IMG/VR virus record: IMGVR_UViG_3300034050_000451
Location: 206,866-270,865 of that record
DNA length: 64,000 nt
Direction: 5' to 3' (one strand)
The notes under the pieces were generated by a model that saw only the letters and a program-made list of their open reading frames with translations, searched no databases and was not told where the DNA came from. The position numbers were made by a program, and so were the translations under genes. Positions 27,736 through 38,855 of the stretch are shown in pieces. Positions within the stretch are counted from its first letter, which is position 1; each line of letters opens with the position of its first letter.

Positions 27736-28973
27736 TAAAATACGTTTTTAAAGTGAGGTTTAATCATGTCAATTGTATTTAAAGATAAAATACTTATTTC
27801 AAATATATCCCAATTGAATGTACCCAATTGCCCAGTTTGTTCAATAATAAATGGTAATTTTTTAATAAATTCAGTAAAATGTTGATTAGTTAATTTACTA
27901 GCATCAAATTTAATGTGTACATTATTTTTAACATCATTACCAATTGAATGAACTTTATCGGATATTATATATTCCGATTTAGAATCTTCATTCATAATAT
28001 ATGAGTTAAATTCACAATCTACATAGATATCATCACACCAGGGTTCTAATATTGAAAGTAGTTGTGGTCTACAATTTTCAATTATAAATGATGTTGAATA
28101 TCTTTTAGGAACTATTGGCATCATATTATCATCATGTAAAACATCAGTATGCCACTTTCTCCACCACTCTCTAAATTTGGTTGCTCTTAGTTGTAAATAT
28201 TCTTCAGAGTCTTTTGGTTTGAACCATATTGTACCATCTGGTAGTGGTATCTCTTTTTCTATTTCGATACCATCTTTAAATCTACTACCTCTACAAGTCA
28301 TATGATATACAAATGCATCTCTACTCTGAATTAATTGGTACCCATTCAAATGGAACCTATTAAATATATCAGAATCTTCCAACTCCATAGGTGCAAATAA
28401 TTTATCATGCCCACCAATAGATACAAAATCTTCTTTATATAACATCCAAGGTGCAAAGATACCATTAGTAACTTTACCCTCATTTAGATACTCAGCTTCA
28501 TATACAAATTTTAAGAAATTGGATTTGGCATCAGTAAACTCATCCACATCCATTCCAAAATTCTTAACATATTTTTCAGGACCAGGTGGATGCAATGGTG
28601 GTTCGATTCTAGTGGCTGAAACTACACTCATTGGTTTAAGGTGTTTCAACATATTCCCAACATAGTTTGGTGTTACAATCATATCTGAATGTAATATTGT
28701 TACGATTGGTGTTCTAGCTAATTGAATACCTATATCGTATAAAACAGTATGCCCAACTCTATCTTTTCCACCATTTCTATAAGTTAAAATATGATTCTTA
28801 TCCGAACCATATTTTTCAATCCATTCCCAACTATCATCAGTTGATGCATCATCCATTATCACAATATCATGCCCATCACCATAATGTTCTTCAATTGATG
28901 AAACGGCTTGTTGTAAAAATCTTAAATTATTCCTACAAGGTATAATAAAGGTAACTCTTTGATAATTTGTCAT
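27735..28973 (-). CDS. GT2 glycosyltransferase
   Basis: IIPCRN, DDASTD, HSDM, GGHD, EDSD, FVYH. Confidence 0.9.
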   Translation of the reverse strand: MTNYQRVTFIIPCRNNLRFLQQAVSSIEEHYGDGHDIVIMDDASTDDSWEWIEKYGSDKNHILTYRNGGKDRVGHTVLYDIGIQLARTPIVTILHSDMIVTPNYVGNMLKHLKPMSVVSATRIEPPLHPPGPEKYVKNFGMDVDEFTDAKSNFLKFVYEAEYLNEGKVTNGIFAPWMLYKEDFVSIGGHDKLFAPMELEDSDIFNRFHLNGYQLIQSRDAFVYHMTCRGSRFKDGIEIEKEIPLPDGTIWFKPKDSEEYLQLRATKFREWWRKWHTDVLHDDNMMPIVPKRYSTSFIIENCRPQLLSILEPWCDDIYVDCEFNSYIMNEDSKSEYIISDKVHSIGNDVKNNVHIKFDASKLTNQHFTEFIKKLPFIIEQTGQLGTFNWDIFEISILSLNTIDMIKPHFKNVF

Positions 28974-28983
28974 TATTATTTTT

Positions 28984-29811
28984 TTATTTATCTATATATC
29001 CAGCATTATCCGAATGTACTATTAATTTTATATTATCATACTTTTTATGGTTTACACCATTTACAGACCAATACGATTGAAATTCATTACTAACAATATC
29101 CTTTTGTTCTTGTGTTAATCTAAAATCCTCAACTGCTGAAATTTCGGATTTAAATGGTAATTCAATATGTTTGATTTTAAAATTTTTAAAACAAACTAAC
29201 CATATTATATAAACCAAATAATCAAATGCATAATATTCTGATTGTAATGTATTTAAATTTTCAGATGATTTATACCAATCATAGAAATCTATAAACAATT
29301 CTTTTTTATAAACAGGTATTTCACTAAACCACCAATATAGAGAATAATTTTTAGTTTGATTTATTAATATTTCATTAGTATCCAATCCCATATATCCTGC
29401 TGCTAACTTTATTATATTACCTCCAATTTCAGATTCGTTAGCCTTTACATAATCATATGATGCAATATTTTCATATATGGTATCTAAGTTACAATTTTTA
29501 ACAAATTCAGATTCACAATCATATACACCAACATAATCATAATCGTTAATTATAGATTGTAATGCAAACATTTTTTTAACATTAACAATACTTTTTTTAT
29601 CTCTCAATGATTCATCCAATATTAATGGTTTATAATTATCCATATATTTGTATTCGGATTTCCAATTAAAATCAAACATTTCATTTTCATTTGTAAAAAT
29701 AAAATATAAGTCATGTGGTTTCTCTACATATTTTATATAGGATTCCAATAAATTAAATGCATGATGAAATTTAGGATTATGAGTTGTTATTATAGTAGCT
29801 GTTTTAATCAT
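28984..29811 (-). CDS. Putative glycosyltransferase / glycan-modifying protein
   Basis: Context; KK.FAL, VYDCE DxE-like motif. Confidence 0.45.
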   Translation of the reverse strand: MIKTATIITTHNPKFHHAFNLLESYIKYVEKPHDLYFIFTNENEMFDFNWKSEYKYMDNYKPLILDESLRDKKSIVNVKKMFALQSIINDYDYVGVYDCESEFVKNCNLDTIYENIASYDYVKANESEIGGNIIKLAAGYMGLDTNEILINQTKNYSLYWWFSEIPVYKKELFIDFYDWYKSSENLNTLQSEYYAFDYLVYIIWLVCFKNFKIKHIELPFKSEISAVEDFRLTQEQKDIVSNEFQSYWSVNGVNHKKYDNIKLIVHSDNAGYIDK

Positions 29812-31171
29812 TTTTATAATTTTCTAAATAATATTTTAAATCCTCAGGGGTTCCCAATCCCCACATTTTAGGTACATCGAATGTTCTAACCTTTAATCCA
29901 GCTTTAATTGCGTTGTTATAAACAGGACAAACATAGAATTCTCCATTCACTCTAATATCTTGCTCAATCATCTCTTCAGCGTATTTCACAAAATCCGAAC
30001 CATGTTTCCAATAATAAAAACCAATTGTTGCCAAATCAGATATTGGGTTTTTCTCTTGTACTTCGGTTACAAATCCATCATCATCTAACTTAGCAAAACT
30101 CCATTTTGGGTGAGTTGCTTTAAATGTTGGTATTCCACCATCACAATCGTTCTCATTCATTTTGTAAAAGAATTCGTTTGAATCCCATTCTACAAATTGG
30201 TCTGAATTTGCAAAGAAAAGTGGTGCCTCTGAATCAATAAATTCTTTAGCCAATAATGCCGTACAAGCAGCTCCTTCGGTTAATGTATCTACTTCTACTA
30301 CTTTACAACCAGGTGTAATTAAATTTAGTAAGGTATCTAAGTTATATTGCTCTCTATGTGCTTTCTGAACTACATATATGTAATTTGCATCTATGTTCAA
30401 ATTTTCTACCACAACTTGAATCATTGGTTTACCCTCTACATCAATTAGTGGTTTTGGGAATGTATAACCAGCAGTTTGGAATCTACTTCCAGCACCAGCC
30501 ATTGGAATTAATACATTCAACTTTTTATCTACCCATTTAGGTGTTGTTTCTATTTTACCCATTTGTATTTCAGTTAATTTTTTAAATATGTTCGTATAGG
30601 TTACTTCTTGTGGATTTCTAACTCTCAAAATATGAGATTTGGAACGAGATGCCGCAAGTAACCCATAAGGTGAATCCTCTACAATTAGAGTTTCTTCTGG
30701 TAAACAACTCATCATTGAAATTGCTTTCCAATACATCTCAGGGTGTGGTTTAGAATTCTTAACATCTTCATTTGAGATAATTAAATCCATAAACTCCATT
30801 ATTCCCAATTTTGAAAGTACAGTCAAAACTGTCTTTCTGATTGAATTAGAACAAACTGCTAATTTGTATCCATCTTCAGAAAGTGCATTCATTACCGATT
30901 GTAGAGTTTGATTTGGTTTCAACTCTTTTAACATCTGTAATGTGTACTTTTGTTTTTTATCCCATACTTGTTTATGTAATTCAGTTGGTAATCCCTTTTG
31001 TTCACTCAACATATTCAACTTTTGGTTTGTTTTCAAACCATCATAAGTTGAAAGGTGTTCAGCCCAACTTATTTCATATTCAGGTCCTAATGCATTATTT
31101 AGTGCATCAAAGTGGATATTCTTAGCTTCTACTAAAACTCCATCTAAATCAAATACTATTAATTTTATCAT
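29804..31171 (-). CDS. HAD phosphatase + sugar-nucleotidyltransferase fusion
   Basis: FDLDGVL, KPHP, EDSPYG; PMAGAGSRF...PKPLI, GLGTPED. Confidence 0.9.
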   Translation of the reverse strand: MIKLIVFDLDGVLVEAKNIHFDALNNALGPEYEISWAEHLSTYDGLKTNQKLNMLSEQKGLPTELHKQVWDKKQKYTLQMLKELKPNQTLQSVMNALSEDGYKLAVCSNSIRKTVLTVLSKLGIMEFMDLIISNEDVKNSKPHPEMYWKAISMMSCLPEETLIVEDSPYGLLAASRSKSHILRVRNPQEVTYTNIFKKLTEIQMGKIETTPKWVDKKLNVLIPMAGAGSRFQTAGYTFPKPLIDVEGKPMIQVVVENLNIDANYIYVVQKAHREQYNLDTLLNLITPGCKVVEVDTLTEGAACTALLAKEFIDSEAPLFFANSDQFVEWDSNEFFYKMNENDCDGGIPTFKATHPKWSFAKLDDDGFVTEVQEKNPISDLATIGFYYWKHGSDFVKYAEEMIEQDIRVNGEFYVCPVYNNAIKAGLKVRTFDVPKMWGLGTPEDLKYYLENYKND

Positions 31172-31866
31172 ACTATTCCTCTTTCAAATGGCATTACACC
31201 ATATTCATTAAACATTTTATCCAATTCTTTTTGGTATTCACTCATATTCCATTTTCCTTTATTAATAGCAGTTGCTATATAAGGGAAAACAATACTATCA
31301 TAGTGATACATACCTCTTTTTTTCTCACTACCAACTCGTATCATAAAATCCCGACCATATGAAATAATAGCTTCTTCAAATTGCCAAATATTTAACGAAC
31401 CAATAGTATTAACTAAATTTTGAAATATTTCCTTTTTAACTAGTGTTGGTTGGATTGAAAACTTTGCGTATTGATTGGTAACTAATGTACTATCTATGGT
31501 TGATGGAAGAAATGAATCACCTGCTAATATCATTTTAATACTCTCAACTACTCCACTTTTAACATAACCATAATACTTTTCTAATAATTCAAAATTAGGT
31601 GTATCGAATAATATCATATCCTCATGCAAAAACATAATAACATCTTCCTCAATTTGTGGAAGTATTTGTCTCCAGCGCTCTGTATATGATTTTGAATCAT
31701 CATATACCAATTGGATATAATCCGATGGTATTTGCGTATCTATTTGATTAACAGCCACATACACTTTATAACCATTGATATATTTTTTGAATTGTCCAAA
31801 AAACATTGGCCATACATCCTTCATATCGGTGTGAGTGTACACTACTATTGGTAATTCTATTCCCAT
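31168..31866 (-). CDS. Putative glycosyltransferase
   Basis: LHED motif, IWQFE, AI.KGKW; glycan island. Confidence 0.55.
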   Translation of the reverse strand: MGIELPIVVYTHTDMKDVWPMFFGQFKKYINGYKVYVAVNQIDTQIPSDYIQLVYDDSKSYTERWRQILPQIEEDVIMFLHEDMILFDTPNFELLEKYYGYVKSGVVESIKMILAGDSFLPSTIDSTLVTNQYAKFSIQPTLVKKEIFQNLVNTIGSLNIWQFEEAIISYGRDFMIRVGSEKKRGMYHYDSIVFPYIATAINKGKWNMSEYQKELDKMFNEYGVMPFERGIV

Positions 31867-32582
31867 ATTGTTTGTAAATTTATTCTATTTTCCCAAAGTC
31901 CATTTTGTATCATCCACCATTTATAAAATGCTATGGAATTTGAAAGGTCACCAGGGTTTCCTTCTATCTGAGCTGCAAATGTGTGAAATGGACTTCTAAA
32001 TTCCATTTGCTCCTCTAATGAATTATATAATGATGTAAATGGTTTCATAGTTTCCATTGTACCATAAAACCACATATCCGCTGGTCCCATTTTGAAATGA
32101 TTCCAATCTGCCATATATATTTTATCAGATTCGATTTCAGTTTGAAAATTAATACATTGAACTGGGTATGGGTTACCTCTACCTGGTCCAGATGTATCTC
32201 TATTTATTCTACCCAAATCAAAACGAGCTTTAATAATGATATCATATTCTGAATTAGTTATATATGGTAACTTCATTGATTCAGTTACACTATAAAGATG
32301 GGATAATACACTTTGAGGTGAACGTGGTGTTCCACTCAAATTATTTAAACCTCTACCATTTACCAATTCATTAAAATCTTTTGGGGCTTCAAATATGGCT
32401 GACGTTGGATTATATAACTTAGTGATTTCACTCTCTTTTTCAATATCCCAACTATGGATAAACACATCAGTATCAGTAATATCTAAAATGTGTTTTTTAA
32501 TATGGTTGTATCCATCATAACCATTGGAACTACCATCAGTTGTTGAATCAAATAAACCATGTAAACATAGTGCTATTTTCAT
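31857..32582 (-). CDS. Putative glycosyltransferase (same family as C-domain of 11995..13488)
   Basis: KIALCLHG, DVFIHSWD, YDIIIKARFD, DMWFYG. Confidence 0.65.
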   Translation of the reverse strand: MKIALCLHGLFDSTTDGSSNGYDGYNHIKKHILDITDTDVFIHSWDIEKESEITKLYNPTSAIFEAPKDFNELVNGRGLNNLSGTPRSPQSVLSHLYSVTESMKLPYITNSEYDIIIKARFDLGRINRDTSGPGRGNPYPVQCINFQTEIESDKIYMADWNHFKMGPADMWFYGTMETMKPFTSLYNSLEEQMEFRSPFHTFAAQIEGNPGDLSNSIAFYKWWMIQNGLWENRINLQTIWE

Positions 32583-32583
32583 A

Positions 32584-33249
32584 CTATTTTCTTTTCCACA
32601 TTTTTATAAAATGAGAACTAACACCATCACCAACAGAATATATTTCAGTATGAGTATTACCAATCCATCCAAATAATTTTGATTGATTTTCTTTACCAAT
32701 AAAATTATGGAATTCTCCAGTTATGTAATTTACTTTTGATAAATCCTTTTGGTACAATACATCCACTTCAGCACCTTCTATATCAATTTTCAACAAACCA
32801 ATAGTACCAACCATTTCTAAAATGGTTTCTAAACTAATAGTTTCAACCTCTTCATATTCATCACCCCTAAATCCATGTTTGTTATGTTCATTTACAAAAC
32901 CTGTTATTGAAAAGTTTCCAGAATTAGTATCATCATCATTGTTACCCATATATTTTTTTAACTTTACAATTTCACCATCTTTAGATGATACTGCTTTGTG
33001 TAAAATTTGATGAGAATGTCTACTTTTATATTGTTCAACATTATATGAGGCTGCATCAATTGCTAAGATATTATGAAAGCGATAATTCCATGCTTCACTA
33101 AAACCACCAACATTACATCCCATATCAACGAGTTTTTCCGATGCATCTATGTCAACTAAATGAATTGGATATTCATCCCTACATTCTTTTGTTATTTGAT
33201 TAAACCAATTTGATGGTTGATTTTTACTAATTAATTTTTCTACTTTCAT
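32584..33249 (-). CDS. FkbM-family methyltransferase
   Basis: DMGCNVG, LKIDIEGAE, GEFH. Confidence 0.85.
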   Translation of the reverse strand: MKVEKLISKNQPSNWFNQITKECRDEYPIHLVDIDASEKLVDMGCNVGGFSEAWNYRFHNILAIDAASYNVEQYKSRHSHQILHKAVSSKDGEIVKLKKYMGNNDDDTNSGNFSITGFVNEHNKHGFRGDEYEEVETISLETILEMVGTIGLLKIDIEGAEVDVLYQKDLSKVNYITGEFHNFIGKENQSKLFGWIGNTHTEIYSVGDGVSSHFIKMWKRK

Positions 33250-33875
33250 TATTCTATAACTTTATTGCTTTTGAAAACAGTAAATTCGGTTAAATCTCTA
33301 TAACCATTATCTTCACCTAAATCACTCATATGTTCTGGATAGTTTTGAAACATAGCCAAACCTTGAGCTGCTTGTTGTGGAGTCATATACATATTCCAAC
33401 CATGGAATGTAATATCATCCTCTTTGTAATATTTTTCACTTCTACCTTCATAACGAGCTTTTTTAAACCAATCAGCCGCATCAGCATTATCGGTTAGAAT
33501 CATACCACCTTTCCAAATTGGAAGTAACTTTTTAATGTGGAATGATAACCCCATATAAGTTCCGGGTATGTACATACCGCTTGTTAATCGTTTTGCGGCA
33601 TCGTAGATAGGATATGGTTTGAATTGGTATAAACCCTTCCAATGGTTTGTTTCTGCTCTCTTATCGAAGATAACTGTACCACCAGCATGTATAATCGATT
33701 GAGGTACTGATAGATACGTTTTTGATGGGATTGTAACTTCCTTCACCTCATTGTATTTACAAATAAGGAATAATGCGTTTGTACAACTATCAATTGAGAT
33801 AGCGTAAGGAGCGCCGGTATAATTAGCGATTTCCTCTTCAAACATTCTTACAATTTTGTATGGATTGTGTAACAT
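33249..33875 (-). CDS. DegT/DnrJ-family sugar aminotransferase (short form)
   Basis: FEE, SCTNAL, DAA, SFHIKK, GGMILT. Confidence 0.8.
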   Translation of the reverse strand: MLHNPYKIVRMFEEEIANYTGAPYAISIDSCTNALFLICKYNEVKEVTIPSKTYLSVPQSIIHAGGTVIFDKRAETNHWKGLYQFKPYPIYDAAKRLTSGMYIPGTYMGLSFHIKKLLPIWKGGMILTDNADAADWFKKARYEGRSEKYYKEDDITFHGWNMYMTPQQAAQGLAMFQNYPEHMSDLGEDNGYRDLTEFTVFKSNKVIE

Positions 33876-33878
33876 AAT

Positions 33879-34304
33879 TTAATCTTTAGTTAATATATAA
33901 TATTTTTTTGTAAATCCACAAGCTTCGAATAATTTCATACTTGCTTCATTATCTATTTTTACTTTTGCAAATGCGGTAGGCCATGTAACCATACATTGGT
34001 TTATCATAAACTTACCAACTCCCAAACCTTGAAAATCAGGATGTGTACATACTCTGATATCATCTTCAATAACACCAACGTATCCAGCAGGTTTACCATT
34101 AACCAATGCTATACGATAAAACTGAGAATGTGTTTTCATATATGAATTCTGCATTTCTTCAGTAATATGAGTTGATTTGATAAATCCACTCAATACTCTT
34201 TTATCATTTCTAAGAACTCTTACAAATTCCCAATATCCGCTTGTACATTCTACTAATTCCATATGCAAATCTTTTGAATATCTTGTGTGTTTTGGTAATT
34301 CCAA
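33879..34304 (-). CDS. GNAT N-acetyltransferase (PseH-like)
   Basis: LRND, HPDFQGLGVG, N.AS.KLFEACGF. Confidence 0.85.
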   Translation of the reverse strand: MELPKHTRYSKDLHMELVECTSGYWEFVRVLRNDKRVLSGFIKSTHITEEMQNSYMKTHSQFYRIALVNGKPAGYVGVIEDDIRVCTHPDFQGLGVGKFMINQCMVTWPTAFAKVKIDNEASMKLFEACGFTKKYYILTKD

Positions 34305-35029
34305 AATGATTGTAAATACCCTCTATGAGTTGGCATATCCATCATTGGTGTTAAACAAGTCCCAATATCAACATAAGTGTTATCAGGGTAATCTCTAAAC
34401 AACTCCACAATTGCCAAATTGGTAAAAGTAGAAGCCGAAAAAAGGAATATGTGGTTTTTAACATTATTTGTTCTAATCCACTCTTTAATATTTTCAATTT
34501 TTCCATAATCATTAATCATTGCGTTATAACCCACTCTAAAGTCTTTCACAAAAAATGGTAATCTATTTAAGTTAGCATCCTCATGTCCAATAAACACACA
34601 ATCTCTACTATAAAAAATTGGTAGAATATGTGTTATGAATATAGGATAGTTTCCGTTTACCCAAAGATTAGCCCAAGTTAGTGATTCATCATCACCACCA
34701 GCTAAATCAACCTGCCAATCAAATGCTTCCTTACCTACACAACAACTACAACTAATTCCTTTGTAATAATTGTGTTGTTTGTATTGAAGTGATTCAACTA
34801 ACTTCTGTTGATAAAATGAATGTTCTTTTGGGTCAAAGTGTTTGAAATCAGGTGACTGATAAACACCACCTTGCTTTTCATTTCCAATCTGAATTAGCCC
34901 ATTATCTAATACTAATTCTTTATTTTGTAAGATATACATTTCACCATCTGAATAACGTGAAAATGCGAAGTTTTCTTTATTATCCAATTTGGATTTAAAT
35001 TTAAAAAAGTGTTCTCTAAAATTTTTCAT
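34253..35029 (-). CDS. GT-D-fold (DUF1792-like) protein
   Basis: FSRYSDGE, LFSAS, DIG. Confidence 0.55.
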   Translation of the reverse strand: MKNFREHFFKFKSKLDNKENFAFSRYSDGEMYILQNKELVLDNGLIQIGNEKQGGVYQSPDFKHFDPKEHSFYQQKLVESLQYKQHNYYKGISCSCCVGKEAFDWQVDLAGGDDESLTWANLWVNGNYPIFITHILPIFYSRDCVFIGHEDANLNRLPFFVKDFRVGYNAMINDYGKIENIKEWIRTNNVKNHIFLFSASTFTNLAIVELFRDYPDNTYVDIGTCLTPMMDMPTHRGYLQSFWNYQNTQDIQKICIWN

Positions 35030-36017
35030 CTCTTAATATATTTAAAACTTTAATAGCAGTATCACCATCACCATATGGACAATTTTCACTAATATACGGA
35101 TTATTATTAACTTTTCCAAATAATTTTTTTAAATCATTTGGATTTTTACATAAATGTAAATGACCTGTATATAATCCTTCAGGTCTTTCGGTTGTAGTTC
35201 TACATACAATTACTTGCTTATTAAAAAATGAGCCCTCTTCTTGTAATCCACCACTATCCGAAATAATGAATCTACATTTCTTAATATGTAAAATCATATC
35301 AGTATGTTCCATTGGTTCAACCACATTAACACTGGTTAATAGATGTTTCCATTTTTGAACATTTGGATTTGGATGAATTGGTAAAATAAATTCCAAATCA
35401 GGATTAGCTATTGCTAAATCATTAAGTTCTGTAAACCACTTATCCATCCAATAATGATTTTCTCTACGATGTAAAGTAATCAGTACAAAGTTTTCATAAG
35501 TTGGGTCACCAAAATCTACCAAATTATCCAATACAGAGTTTCCAACTACATGAATTTTACCATGTACTTTTTCTTTTATTAGATTATTAGCCGATAATTG
35601 AGTTGGTGCAAGATTCACATCTGCTATTCTTGCTATCATTTGTCTATATCCCTCTTCAGGGTATGGGTGTTGTAAATCACCACTTCTTAACCCAGCTTCC
35701 AAATAGTAAATCTTTAACTGTCTATTGAATGCTGCTAATGCACAGCCAAATGCTGAACCAGTATCACCTTGAACTAATACTGAACTGAATTCCCCATTAG
35801 GGAATTGTAACATACAATCTGATATAATTGAATCCAATCTATTATCAGAATTGTTTATATTAATTTTATAATCTACTTTAACATTTTGAAGTAAATCAGG
35901 GTGTTGACCTGTAAATAGAAGTTTATATTCACTTCTATCCATAATCTTAATCAATGGTTTAATTTTTAACCATTCGGGTCTTGTCCCAAAACAGAGTAAT
36001 ATTGTATTATTTTTCAT
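35016..36017 (-). CDS. wecB: UDP-N-acetylglucosamine 2-epimerase
   Basis: GTRPE, TGQH, QGDT, EAGLRS, PEE, TLHRREN, DSGGLQEE, PYGDG. Confidence 0.95.
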   Translation of the reverse strand: MKNNTILLCFGTRPEWLKIKPLIKIMDRSEYKLLFTGQHPDLLQNVKVDYKININNSDNRLDSIISDCMLQFPNGEFSSVLVQGDTGSAFGCALAAFNRQLKIYYLEAGLRSGDLQHPYPEEGYRQMIARIADVNLAPTQLSANNLIKEKVHGKIHVVGNSVLDNLVDFGDPTYENFVLITLHRRENHYWMDKWFTELNDLAIANPDLEFILPIHPNPNVQKWKHLLTSVNVVEPMEHTDMILHIKKCRFIISDSGGLQEEGSFFNKQVIVCRTTTERPEGLYTGHLHLCKNPNDLKKLFGKVNNNPYISENCPYGDGDTAIKVLNILRDEKF

Positions 36018-36777
36018 TTACTAATTTCCAACCTTTAATTCTTTGTTCGTGAAAATATTGATTCATTAATTGTTTAAATGGTGTACCTTCTACACTAGCT
36101 TGGTTTGATTCCCATAGTGAGTTAGCATCACCACCATATTCAGCTCCTTTGATACTCCCCCATAGGGATTTATCATCTTTAGGATGTGGCGGTACAAATG
36201 TAGGTATTCCTGCATACTTTTGTAACATATACGAAAAGTGCATATCTTCACCACAGGTATTGTATTTTGGGTCAGGTAATTCTCTCACCATATGAGATAA
36301 CCATTCTTTCTTAAAGAACCAACTATGTCCAACTAAATCAACTTGTACAGTTCTTTCATTGTTACCTAATTCCGGCCATCCGAATCTTAAGTAGTGTTCG
36401 TAATAAGATGAATGTTCCGCTGGTAATGGGTTTGGATAAAGTAATCCAACTGAACCCAATAAACCTTCATGTGTTTTCATAGTTTCCATACAATTTTCTA
36501 ACCATCTTTCGCCAGGGATTGTATCATCATCAAATACACAAACATAAGGATTTCTAGCGTTCATTGCGAAGTAGAATCTTGCCCATACACCAAAGTTGTA
36601 ATTACAATATGCAACTGGAATTTCCGTTCCAATATCATAATTCAACAAATCGTTATCACCTGGATTATTATACCATAAAAGAATCTCATCCGGCTTTACC
36701 GTTTGATTCCTTAGAGCTTCTAATTGTTCGTTGAGGTTTTCGCCTCTCTTATAACCATTTAATATAACTGTTATCAT
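36007..36777 (-). CDS. GT-A glycosyltransferase
   Basis: YKR, FDDD, GEDMHFS. Confidence 0.75.
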   Translation of the reverse strand: MITVILNGYKRGENLNEQLEALRNQTVKPDEILLWYNNPGDNDLLNYDIGTEIPVAYCNYNFGVWARFYFAMNARNPYVCVFDDDTIPGERWLENCMETMKTHEGLLGSVGLLYPNPLPAEHSSYYEHYLRFGWPELGNNERTVQVDLVGHSWFFKKEWLSHMVRELPDPKYNTCGEDMHFSYMLQKYAGIPTFVPPHPKDDKSLWGSIKGAEYGGDANSLWESNQASVEGTPFKQLMNQYFHEQRIKGWKLVNEK

Positions 36778-37751
36778 ATTTTATTCATCATTTGTTTTAA
36801 CCAAACTTCTTTTGTATAGTAAGTTTGGTAATTATCTTTTGCTTCTTCACTTTTCTTTTTGTAGAAAATGGGGTCTTTTAACATCTCAACCATTAACATA
36901 GCTGATTCAATATCAGATACATCTACTGATAAGTTTGGATGTAGCAATCGTTGTGTATCTAACTTTTCATTACCAATTACAGGTATCCCAAAATATGCAC
37001 AATTAAGTGAGAATGTACCAGCTGCTACCGTTGGCATTAGATGTACACCATATTTGAATTTAGATACTTCTACCATCCAATCGTTCCAATTCATTCTTGG
37101 GAAGTGGGATAGGTTACCAATACCACCTTCATTTACTCTTTTTGAGTGAGATTCTTGTCCCCATATTGGTAATCCAAATTCAGATGCTACCATATAAGAT
37201 TCAAACCCACCATACCATCGGGAGAAGTTACCACCAATCAGTACTTTATCCTCAGTAATAGGTTGAATATCTTTGATGAAATCCTCTATCATAAGTGAAT
37301 GAATTATCTCTACCTTTTTATTCCAGAATAATCCTCTATAATATTGAGAATCTGATAGATTGTGTGCAAATATACCATCAGTAAGTGATAAAAAGTTATA
37401 GAACTGAATTTGGTCTATAACTTCATAATCATTCCACCACCAATGTGGTCCTTCTTGAATGTAATATACTTTAGTATTACTTTCTTTTAAAGTTGGTATT
37501 ATTGGTTGTTGTAAATATTTAGATACTGGATTTACTCCATTTACTAATGTACTACCTTCAGAATTTAAATAGGTTTTTCCTTTTGGAAATATGATAAATA
37601 CAACATCATAGTTTTTAACCGAATCATAAGTTTCTAATGGATAGTGAACCGCATTAAGAGCGTTCATCCAAGCAAACTCAGTTCTCATATTATTATGAGT
37701 TGGTGGGATAGTTCCACTAAATCCCATTTCAGTTAAAAATGCTATTCTCAT
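36774..37751 (-). CDS. GT-B-like glycosyltransferase
   Basis: GTFSLNCAYFGIPVIG C-terminal motif. Confidence 0.6.
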   Translation of the reverse strand: MRIAFLTEMGFSGTIPPTHNNMRTEFAWMNALNAVHYPLETYDSVKNYDVVFIIFPKGKTYLNSEGSTLVNGVNPVSKYLQQPIIPTLKESNTKVYYIQEGPHWWWNDYEVIDQIQFYNFLSLTDGIFAHNLSDSQYYRGLFWNKKVEIIHSLMIEDFIKDIQPITEDKVLIGGNFSRWYGGFESYMVASEFGLPIWGQESHSKRVNEGGIGNLSHFPRMNWNDWMVEVSKFKYGVHLMPTVAAGTFSLNCAYFGIPVIGNEKLDTQRLLHPNLSVDVSDIESAMLMVEMLKDPIFYKKKSEEAKDNYQTYYTKEVWLKQMMNKI

Positions 37752-38377
37752 ATAGTATCGTACAATTCGTTTTGTTTTTCTTGTCTTTCTATTCCTTTAG
37801 GGTGATAGATAGCGTATTCCTCTTGCAATGGTAGGATAGTTAATGTATTATAACCTTTGATTCTTTCATGTACTTTACCATCCCACTCAATCTCCGATGT
37901 TCTTCGGTAAATTCTAGTTTGTAAATCAGGCCAGTTAATCCAACCATTTGGATTTAATTGCCATCCCCATTTTTTAATATGTTCATCGGTTAATCCTTCA
38001 ACGGTATTAACTCTTGGTACAAAGAATAAATCAATATCTAAGTTAGCTTCGATTAAATCGTGCATATTTTCAATCAAAAATTCCGATGGGATTTCATCTG
38101 CATCCAATTGGAAAATAAAGATACCATTTGCATGATTCTTTAAGTTGTTTTTAAAACTTGCAAAATCCTTATTAAGTGGAAAACTTATTATGTTTATGTT
38201 TTGATGTAATTCACCTATAATTCTTAGATAGTTTACCACATCTTCAGTAGCCCCATCTGAATCATATTGAATCAAAATCTCATCCTCTTTTTGAATTCTC
38301 GGATGTATGAAATTGATTAATTTTGTAATCTCTTCAATTTCATTACAAACTGTAACTGCATATGTTATATTAACCAT
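37748..38377 (-). CDS. GT2 glycosyltransferase
   Basis: VCNE, DFA..KN, LDADE, VHE, HPK. Confidence 0.85.
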   Translation of the reverse strand: MVNITYAVTVCNEIEEITKLINFIHPRIQKEDEILIQYDSDGATEDVVNYLRIIGELHQNINIISFPLNKDFASFKNNLKNHANGIFIFQLDADEIPSEFLIENMHDLIEANLDIDLFFVPRVNTVEGLTDEHIKKWGWQLNPNGWINWPDLQTRIYRRTSEIEWDGKVHERIKGYNTLTILPLQEEYAIYHPKGIERQEKQNELYDTI

Positions 38378-38855
38378 AATATTCTTCTAATACATTTTTC
38401 TTAAAAAATACTTCACTCATATATTGAATCCCATCTTTGTTATATGTACGATATGGATTTTCAATCTTTTTTAATTCAATACCAGTTTTAACGTAACTAT
38501 TATAGATACGTTCTCCACCTCTATCATATACAGTTGCTATATCATATAATCCAACATTTGTAGTTTTTTGTTCATTTAAAACTTTATTAGCTTTATCTTC
38601 CAATTTCTTAAACCATTTGAAAAAATCTTCCGGTTTAATTGATGATAATTTAATTGCTGAGAACTTTTGTTCATATATTCCCGTTACGAATATAATAGTT
38701 GAATCGGCTCCACTTAGGGATTCCTTATTACCATCCGCATATTTGTAAGTAGATATACGATATACCCCATACGGCTGTACAGCCGAACGGGATACACGTT
38801 TTTCTTCTAATATTAGTGGTTTATACTTTATTGCCTGATTTGGAGTAGTTGCCAT
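38370..38855 (-). CDS. Hypothetical protein
   Basis: ORF track. Confidence 0.6.
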   Translation of the reverse strand: MATTPNQAIKYKPLILEEKRVSRSAVQPYGVYRISTYKYADGNKESLSGADSTIIFVTGIYEQKFSAIKLSSIKPEDFFKWFKKLEDKANKVLNEQKTTNVGLYDIATVYDRGGERIYNSYVKTGIELKKIENPYRTYNKDGIQYMSEVFFKKNVLEEYYG

